This document shows positions 46,042 through 51,263 of a stretch of 51,263 nt of DNA, piece after piece. Source of the DNA: a virus. The DNA is taken from the IMG/VR virus record IMGVR_UViG_3300045988_171568, one strand, 5' to 3'. The notes beneath the pieces are model-generated. The model ran no database searches. It was not told the origin of the DNA and was given only the letters and a program-made list of their open reading frames with translations. The translations under genes were made by a program, and so were the position numbers. Position 1 is the first letter of the stretch; every line of letters begins with the position of its first letter.

Positions 46042-47415
46042 ATGATAGCGACAGGTGCTTTCTCTTTGATAGGGGTGCAAGATGCTGTAATCAATGAGTC
46101 AATTTATATAAGAACAGCGCAAAATGTAAAGCCTGAGACTCCCGTTTCTGATTCAGGTAAAATACCTGAAGGATGGAGTGCTACAATGCTTGATGTATCA
46201 GCATCATTTCCTTATTTGTGGGAAAGTCAAAGGGCAAGAACAGAAATGTATTCGTCGAATGACATTTCTAATGCTGTTTTCGTGTATGCAGGTTATAGAA
46301 TTAGCAATACGGGAAATAAAATTTCGGATGCGAATTACAAGTATAGCGATAACATAAAACTCTCTAAAGGTCAGGTTATAGAGGTAAATACAGCGGGAAG
46401 CTCTGTATCGGTTATTTCATTGTCTAATGGAAGCACGGCGAGTTTTACCCCTGTTAAAACTTTAAATAGCACCGTTCCACAAGTGTCTACCTACACAGCG
46501 GATGAAGATTGCAATGTCGTAGTTTGTGTTAAGACTACTTCTGCATACAGTGTTAAGATATACACTGCAAGTTACGGTGCATGGTCTACTCCAACCTTAA
46601 AAAACAGCTGGGGTAAACAAGGTGCAAAACTGCGAATGAGAACATGGGCAGAGGGTGTGGAGTATTTGCAAGGAGCAGATGGAGAAGAATTTTATGATGT
46701 TGTTGTATATAATAATAAATTATATCTATGCACCAAAACTCATACCTCTGACTCTAACAACAACCCTTCATCTTCTATATCAGGATATTTGGGTTTTTGG
46801 GAATCTGCTCAAGAATGGACTTTTATCGCAACAAAGTTACTATTAGCTGAGAAGATTAACGCAGAACAGATTAATGCAGATGGAATTAAAGCTAAAAATG
46901 TAGATATCGAAGGAAAGATTACTGCAACTTCTGGAATTCTTGGAGGATTTACAGTCACTCAATCAGCAATAGGCTCTACCGATGTTGGTGATAGTTTATT
47001 ACTTATGAGAAATGGTATATCATTTAACAATAAAAAAAAGACGGCTGGGATTGGTGATACCTTACCTGGATCTACAGGAATTGTATCCAAAGTTGCTGGT
47101 ATATTTACGACAACTTTAGATAAATACGACTTACATTCAGAAGGTATTGGGACATTAATTGTACAATCTAAGGGAGGTGTATCACATACTGCGTTAAGTA
47201 TAGTAACTGAAGGACGTGATAATGATACAGCGATTGATTTTCGTGGTAAAATTAACACTCATGGTAGTGAGTTAGGCGGATCTTTTGGTGATTACGGCCT
47301 GACTACAGCAGTTGGATTTCAGCATGTATGGGACCCCTCGGCTGGTAGATTTAGACTGGGAGATTTGTTTTTTGTAAATGGAATATTAACCGGTGTCAGA
47401 TGGCACGATAATTAA
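46042..47415 (+). CDS. Tail fibre protein
   Basis: About 457 aa from MIATGAF. AAGGAGG lies 5 nt upstream. Fibre-like segment LLLAEKINAEQINADGIKAKNVDIEGKITATSGILGGFTV. The ORF-track start at 46024 is a TTG. Confidence 0.55.
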   Translation: MIATGAFSLIGVQDAVINESIYIRTAQNVKPETPVSDSGKIPEGWSATMLDVSASFPYLWESQRARTEMYSSNDISNAVFVYAGYRISNTGNKISDANYKYSDNIKLSKGQVIEVNTAGSSVSVISLSNGSTASFTPVKTLNSTVPQVSTYTADEDCNVVVCVKTTSAYSVKIYTASYGAWSTPTLKNSWGKQGAKLRMRTWAEGVEYLQGADGEEFYDVVVYNNKLYLCTKTHTSDSNNNPSSSISGYLGFWESAQEWTFIATKLLLAEKINAEQINADGIKAKNVDIEGKITATSGILGGFTVTQSAIGSTDVGDSLLLMRNGISFNNKKKTAGIGDTLPGSTGIVSKVAGIFTTTLDKYDLHSEGIGTLIVQSKGGVSHTALSIVTEGRDNDTAIDFRGKINTHGSELGGSFGDYGLTTAVGFQHVWDPSAGRFRLGDLFFVNGILTGVRWHDN

Positions 47416-47439
47416 TAAAAATTTTAAATTAGGAAGATT

Positions 47440-47940
47440 ATGGAAACAATAGATTTTAATGAAGTAATAAGAGATAATATTGAGGTTGTGGGAGGACTAC
47501 TGGGAGTAGTATCCCAATCAAGTAATGGCCTGGCAACTGGAAATCTGTATAAAGCAGCAGGCGTAAGCATATCGGTTCCTTCCGACCTATGCTTGAAAAT
47601 AGAACGCAACAAAAAATCAAATAGTATCGTTCTAATAAATGTTACTGCTTTTAATTCACCTACTTGGTCAACAACCAGCAAACCAAGAAAGGTTTCGTTG
47701 TCGATACCATATGATAGTGGTGAAATAGAAAAAATCTATGCAAAAAACCTACTTGATGGTTCTAGTATGAAAATTTATAAAGATGAGAATTTTAATCTGT
47801 ATATTAAATGCATGGATACATACTCTACGGCATTTTTCATCGAAATCATACAAGGTAATGAAGCATTCTCTAAAATATCTTCTATACCTTTATCTGATGT
47901 ACCCAATATTGATCAATATGAACAAATAACAATCAATTAA
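47440..47940 (+). CDS. Fibre-tip or adhesin candidate, currently expressed variant (constant N-terminus plus variable body A)
   Basis: 166 aa. METIDFNEVIRDNIEVVGGLL precedes the divergent body. Last plus-strand tail gene. Confidence 0.5.
   Translation: METIDFNEVIRDNIEVVGGLLGVVSQSSNGLATGNLYKAAGVSISVPSDLCLKIERNKKSNSIVLINVTAFNSPTWSTTSKPRKVSLSIPYDSGEIEKIYAKNLLDGSSMKIYKDENFNLYIKCMDTYSTAFFIEIIQGNEAFSKISSIPLSDVPNIDQYEQITIN
47485..47498 (+). repeat. Left inverted repeat GTTGTGGGAGGACT (candidate recombination site)
   Basis: Perfect reverse-complement match to 48461-48474. Same codon phase in both ORFs. Confidence 0.6.
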
Positions 47941-47965
47941 TCTGTGTGGAGATATAACAGAGTTA

Positions 47966-47996
47966 CTCCCACGGTACTAAATTGTCACTGTGGGAG
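47966..47996. terminator. Hairpin between the convergent variant ORFs
   Basis: 7-bp arms CTCCCAC (47966-47972) and GTGGGAG (47990-47996), with a 17-nt loop. Confidence 0.4.
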
Positions 47997-48003
47997 GTTA
48001 TGA

Positions 48004-48474
48004 TTACTCAGCAGGAGGATTTACTATCATATCAGAAACGTCCAATTTTGTGAAGCCAGATTCGGATGGGCTGTTAAGTACCCCGTTAAACTTAGCATAG
48101 GATAAAGACAATATCTGATAGCTGCCAAAATCAAAATGCCCCCATCTCACATATACTGTATCATCCTTATAACAGACATACCCGAACGATTTAAAATTGC
48201 CAGATTTGTCGTGTACAAATGACATTCTTTTTGCAGAATATACTCCACTAGAGTTCCTGCAGACAGATAAAAATATAATTGCATTCTGGCCATCTCCTCG
48301 TCCACATACAAGTCTTAGCATTACAGAAGAGTTGTTAGGCATCGAAAAATTTAAGGTATTAATCACTCCTCCATTTGAATTATTGTCAACTTTACGTGAT
48401 GAGTAAGTAAATGCAATAGAGGACATTAATCCTTTTGCATTATCCGTCGCAATCGGTAACAGTCCTCCCACAAC
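48004..48474 (-). CDS. Silent alternative fibre-tip variant (body B); no ATG and no promoter in this orientation
   Basis: Homolog of 47440-47940 (VVGGLLPIATDNAKGLMSS..., ...YKDDTVYVRW). In-frame upstream there are only 15 codons back to a stop, and they lie within a terminator hairpin. The ORF track opens it on a GTG inside the repeat. Confidence 0.5.
   Translation of the reverse strand, partial: VVGGLLPIATDNAKGLMSSIAFTYSSRKVDNNSNGGVINTLNFSMPNNSSVMLRLVCGRGDGQNAIIFLSVCRNSSGVYSAKRMSFVHDKSGNFKSFGYVCYKDDTVYVRWGHFDFGSYQILSLSYAKFNGVLNSPSESGFTKLDVSDMIVNPPAE
48461..48474 (-). repeat. Right inverted repeat (AGTCCTCCCACAAC on the plus strand)
   Basis: Reverse complement of 47485-47498. Confidence 0.6.
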
Positions 48475-48478
48475 GGCT

Positions 48479-48516
48479 AAAAAAATAGAGGCTAATCCAC
48501 ATTGGATAGCCTCTAT
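48479..48516 (-). terminator. Intrinsic terminator of the recombinase gene 48541-49692
   Basis: 10-bp stem ATAGAGGCTA/TAGCCTCTAT followed by T7 on the minus strand. Confidence 0.7.
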
Positions 48517-48540
48517 TTACGCTACAAAGATATGAATTAT

Positions 48541-49692
48541 TTATAATTTCTGTAACTGTCGAACGAAAGCATTATCATTAATTCGAGCATATATCATCGT
48601 CATGCTTATTTGTCTATGTCCGATTACTTGCTGTATAGTCGTGATAGGTATATCTCTATTGATTAATCGTGATGCACATGTATGTCTGGCTACGTGAGCC
48701 GTTACATGTTTTTTTAGACTGCATTTTTTTAATGCTACTTGTAATTTTGAATTAAAGCTGCAACGATTTACCCCCACGTTGAAAAATTCAGAAAGCCTTG
48801 TTTTATATTTACTGTATATCTGTTCTGCACGACCATCAAATAAAGCCCACATTGGCAATCGTACTGGTGTGCTAGTTTTTACTGATGTATATTCCAACCA
48901 AAGCCGACCGTTGTCTTCTTTAAAATTATCTTCAGACAGAGAAGCAAAGTCACTTATTCTAGTACCTACATAACACATAAAAAGAAACTGATCTAGTACC
49001 AGCTCGTGAGATTTGTCTGCAATTCCTGAAGCTGCATAGTTCTCTATAATTCGTACATCATCATCGCTTAGTGCTTTCATCTTATAAGTTGATTTAAAAT
49101 CTTTTGGATCATGATAAAACGCTAAAGAATCAGCCGGAACTTTGTTCCCGTATAATTTACGTGCGATGTTATAATATGCCTTAACAACGTGCATTTCTTT
49201 GCAGACTGTAGAATACTTTAGTTTTCCTGATTCCATTAGAAAATTCATAAATCCACGAAAGAACTCCTCTGTCAATGCTGTTACAGGACATGTATCTCTG
49301 TATCTTTTCAATGTCCTAAGTACATTTGCGTGAATTTCTATAGTTCGAGGCTTCAATCCTCTTTCGTACATAGCCTTTTCCCACATAGAATACCAATCAG
49401 CCGATGTTCCACGCCTGGAATAAATGTCGTGCAATTTAGTTAGAGTCATTTCGCCTGCATAAGTCAGTTCAATTTCCTCTAAGCTATAAACAAGTTTCCT
49501 GATTAATAGGTTAAGATTAGCAGAATTTGGACTTTTAGAAATAAGCCCGTAATCTTCGTTCCATTCGTCATTAAAGACTCTTACGTCAGTGTCAAGTTCA
49601 ATACTTGATCCATACTGGGAACACTTCACAAAAATAGCGAGCATTCCGCTGTGAGCACGATGTGCCACAACTTCAAATCTGATTTTGTTCAT
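48541..49692 (-). CDS. Tyrosine recombinase (candidate invertase for the adjacent cassette, or a second integrase)
   Basis: 383 aa. Bacteroidetes integrase architecture. C-terminal HVARHTCASRL...VIGHRQISMTMIYARI gives the R/H-x-x-R/Y catalytic pattern. Confidence 0.8.
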   Translation of the reverse strand: MNKIRFEVVAHRAHSGMLAIFVKCSQYGSSIELDTDVRVFNDEWNEDYGLISKSPNSANLNLLIRKLVYSLEEIELTYAGEMTLTKLHDIYSRRGTSADWYSMWEKAMYERGLKPRTIEIHANVLRTLKRYRDTCPVTALTEEFFRGFMNFLMESGKLKYSTVCKEMHVVKAYYNIARKLYGNKVPADSLAFYHDPKDFKSTYKMKALSDDDVRIIENYAASGIADKSHELVLDQFLFMCYVGTRISDFASLSEDNFKEDNGRLWLEYTSVKTSTPVRLPMWALFDGRAEQIYSKYKTRLSEFFNVGVNRCSFNSKLQVALKKCSLKKHVTAHVARHTCASRLINRDIPITTIQQVIGHRQISMTMIYARINDNAFVRQLQKL

Positions 49693-49846
49693 ATATTAAG
49701 TTATTAAATGCAGTCTTAATATACGAAAAAAAAGATATATATGCAATATTTTTATATTAAAAATGTATCTTTGTAAAGATAGTTCATATGAATTATTAAA
49801 TGCAACAAAGGGGGATTTTATCAAGTGTGATAATTCCCCCTTTACT

Positions 49847-51016
49847 TTATACAGCAAACGAGTTAAAGAATTTAACCCCTTCCTGCTTTGACTCTTCCAG
49901 GACATGAGCATATATCAGCGTTTCCCGGTAATCGGAATGTCCCATGATTTCCTTTAATGTTGCCAGATCTTTTGTTTTTTGCAAAAATAGGGTAGCAAAA
50001 GTATGCCGGCCTGCTTTGCTGGATAATGGTTTGTTTATACCAACTTTTCTGGCGATACGCTTAAGGTATTCGTTTATCTTCTGGTCTGATATCACTGTTG
50101 TAAACAACAATCCGTTTTTTCTCTTGCCTGAAGCTTTCTTGATTATTTTCTTCAACGGATCTGACAAAGGTATTACAATAGGATCAGGTTTACTGTTCCG
50201 TAGCTTTATTCGGTAATAAGTAAATGAACTTTTCCCAATACCTTCTATTCTTATGTTCTTTGCGTCCCCAATATGAAGACTGCTAAAGCACATAAACAAA
50301 AATATTTGTAAGACAGACTGGTAATTTTCTGTAAGAGAATTAGACTTGTATAAGTCAACAAGTGTTGTTAGTTCTTCTTCCGTGAGATAAGTAAAATCAC
50401 TTTTAGATCGTGTTTTTACCTTTATGTTTTCAAAAGGATTTTTAGTCATGTATCCTTCTTTGATAGCGGCACGACAGTATTTTTTTATGCAACTCATATT
50501 CTTATTTATGGTACTGTCTTTGTTTTTGAGCTTTTTCTTAAGATACACTTTGTATTTTAAGATAAAATCTTCGTCCAGGCATTCCAGTCTTAAATCAGGA
50601 TCATAAACTCTCATCTTATTGATTGCATCCAGATGCACATCAATCGTAGAACTCTCCAGTTCCCCGCGATGGCGGTGCATATAATCCTTGACATAATCAT
50701 AGAAGGTCCTGAAATCATCCGGACGATTGTATTCTTTCATAAAGGTTTCCTTGGTAAGAGTCTTTTTCAGCAGACGATATCTTACCATGATGTCGTTAAC
50801 TCGTGCTCTGATCTTTTCGATACACAGATTATAATCCTTGTGATTCTTTTCTCGTGTGAGAACTTTTCCGGTCACATTATCGAAGTTTTCTACCAGGATT
50901 GAAAGATTTGTAGGAATCGCAATTTTTTTTCTTTCTACGTAGAAAGAAACATAAACAGGGGCACACCCGTCCTTGTTTACATAGCTTGTCGCTTGATAAG
51001 TTTTAATAACAGCCAT
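49847..51016 (-). CDS. int: Tyrosine integrase next to attR/tRNA-Cys
   Basis: 389 aa. N-terminal arm-binding-like domain. C-terminal AGRHTFATLF...IMGHSDYRETLIYAHV. Arm-type repeats lie immediately upstream. Confidence 0.85.
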   Translation of the reverse strand: MAVIKTYQATSYVNKDGCAPVYVSFYVERKKIAIPTNLSILVENFDNVTGKVLTREKNHKDYNLCIEKIRARVNDIMVRYRLLKKTLTKETFMKEYNRPDDFRTFYDYVKDYMHRHRGELESSTIDVHLDAINKMRVYDPDLRLECLDEDFILKYKVYLKKKLKNKDSTINKNMSCIKKYCRAAIKEGYMTKNPFENIKVKTRSKSDFTYLTEEELTTLVDLYKSNSLTENYQSVLQIFLFMCFSSLHIGDAKNIRIEGIGKSSFTYYRIKLRNSKPDPIVIPLSDPLKKIIKKASGKRKNGLLFTTVISDQKINEYLKRIARKVGINKPLSSKAGRHTFATLFLQKTKDLATLKEIMGHSDYRETLIYAHVLEESKQEGVKFFNSFAV

Positions 51017-51034
51017 AATTTCGTTTTTTCTAAA

Positions 51035-51135
51035 TTTTTACTACAATCTTAGTAAAATGCTGATATAAAACGCTTTGTTTTAATAGGCAATTTACTAAGA
51101 CCTGATTTCGCAAAGAACTGTTTTTCAGTAAAATA
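51035..51135. promoter_or_regulatory. attR arm: TTTTTACTAC plus three degenerate TTTACTA-like sites in both orientations
   Basis: Exact 10-mer at 51035-51044. Related sites at about 51049-51058 (reverse), 51089-51098 (forward) and 51127-51135 (reverse). Confidence 0.45.
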
Positions 51136-51170
51136 CAAAAAAGAGCAAACAGTGTGTAACTATTCGCTCT
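51136..51170 (-). terminator. Phage-supplied intrinsic terminator for the reconstituted tRNA-Cys
   Basis: 8-bp stem whose one non-Watson-Crick position is a G-U pair only on the minus-strand transcript (A-C on the plus strand). T6 on the minus strand. Confidence 0.6.
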
Positions 51171-51185
51171 TCATTTGAATTTCTA

Positions 51186-51202
51186 CTATGAGGTTCCTGG
51201 CG
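51186..51202. repeat. attR core (CTATGAGGTTCCTGGCG)
   Basis: Exact match to 1716-1732. Confidence 0.85.
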
Positions 51203-51262
51203 GATTCGAACCGCCGTACACGGTTTTGCAGACCGCTGACTAAGCCACTCATCCAAGGAACC
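51191..51262 (-). tRNA. tRNA-Cys (anticodon GCA), copy 2, the integration target
   Basis: 72-nt cloverleaf: GGTTCCT acceptor, CTGCAAA anticodon loop, GGCGG-TTCGAAT-CCGCC T-arm, discriminator T. Confidence 0.95.
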
Positions 51263-51263
51263 A

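Larger units (their letters stand above)
1716..51202. mobile_element. Integrated temperate tailed phage (prophage), about 49.5 kb, inserted in the tRNA-Cys 3' end
   Basis: Bounded by a 17-bp direct repeat. Integrase lies next to the tRNA end and a repressor at the other end. Replication, head, lysis and tail modules lie between. Confidence 0.9.

Noticed and set aside
49696-49911. 71-aa minus-strand ORF between the two recombinase genes
   Set aside because: It overlaps the 3' end of the integrase gene and its terminator-like hairpin (about 49808-49843), and it is AT-rich and low-complexity. It is more likely the intergenic promoter region of the 48541-49692 gene.
1-51263. Diversity-generating retroelement or retron as an explanation for the fibre variation or the structured RNAs
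   Set aside because: No reverse-transcriptase-like ORF (no YxDD-type motif) appears anywhere in the six-frame track. I also found no template/variable repeat pair with A-specific differences.

Overview
This window looks like a Bacteroidales chromosome segment. The evidence is TTTG-N19/20-TAnnTTTG promoters, few Shine-Dalgarno sites and Bacteroidetes-type tyrosine recombinases. Almost all of it is one integrated tailed-phage genome of about 49.5 kb. The left flank holds a tRNA-Cys(GCA) copy (1-70) and a secreted GH88/GH105-type hydrolase (390-1640). The prophage (1716-51202) sits in the 3' end of a second, identical tRNA-Cys (51191-51262). A 17-bp direct repeat, CTATGAGGTTCCTGGCG, marks attL and attR, and TTTTTACTAC arm-type repeats lie inside both ends. 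Gene order, left to right: (1) XRE repressor and divergent cro-like switch, then small early genes; (2) a 1341-aa primase-helicase and a PAPS-reductase-like enzyme; (3) AT-rich accessory genes, including a Panacea-like pair and a split MazG-like gene; (4) a structured-RNA plus two-gene cassette; (5) a dense TGTTGGTC iteron array, probably the origin; (6) S49 protease, capsid, terminase and portal; (7) a lysis cassette of holin, amidase and u-spanin; (8) about 7 kb of morons with their own promoters, including LuxR regulators, membrane proteins, an HsdR_N nuclease-like protein and a second structured-RNA cassette; (9) tape measure and tail/fibre genes; (10) two tyrosine recombinases. The strongest findings are four. 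First, a candidate invertible fibre-tip cassette with in-frame 14-bp inverted repeats, a silent paralog lacking a start codon, and its own tyrosine recombinase. Second, a duplicated 5' RNA structure of about 180 nt with compensatory changes, placed before a membrane-protein and acidic-protein pair. Third, the phased octamer iteron array. Fourth, an A9 slippery run joining two ORFs in the -1 frame. All functions are inferred from motifs read by eye; no database search was possible.
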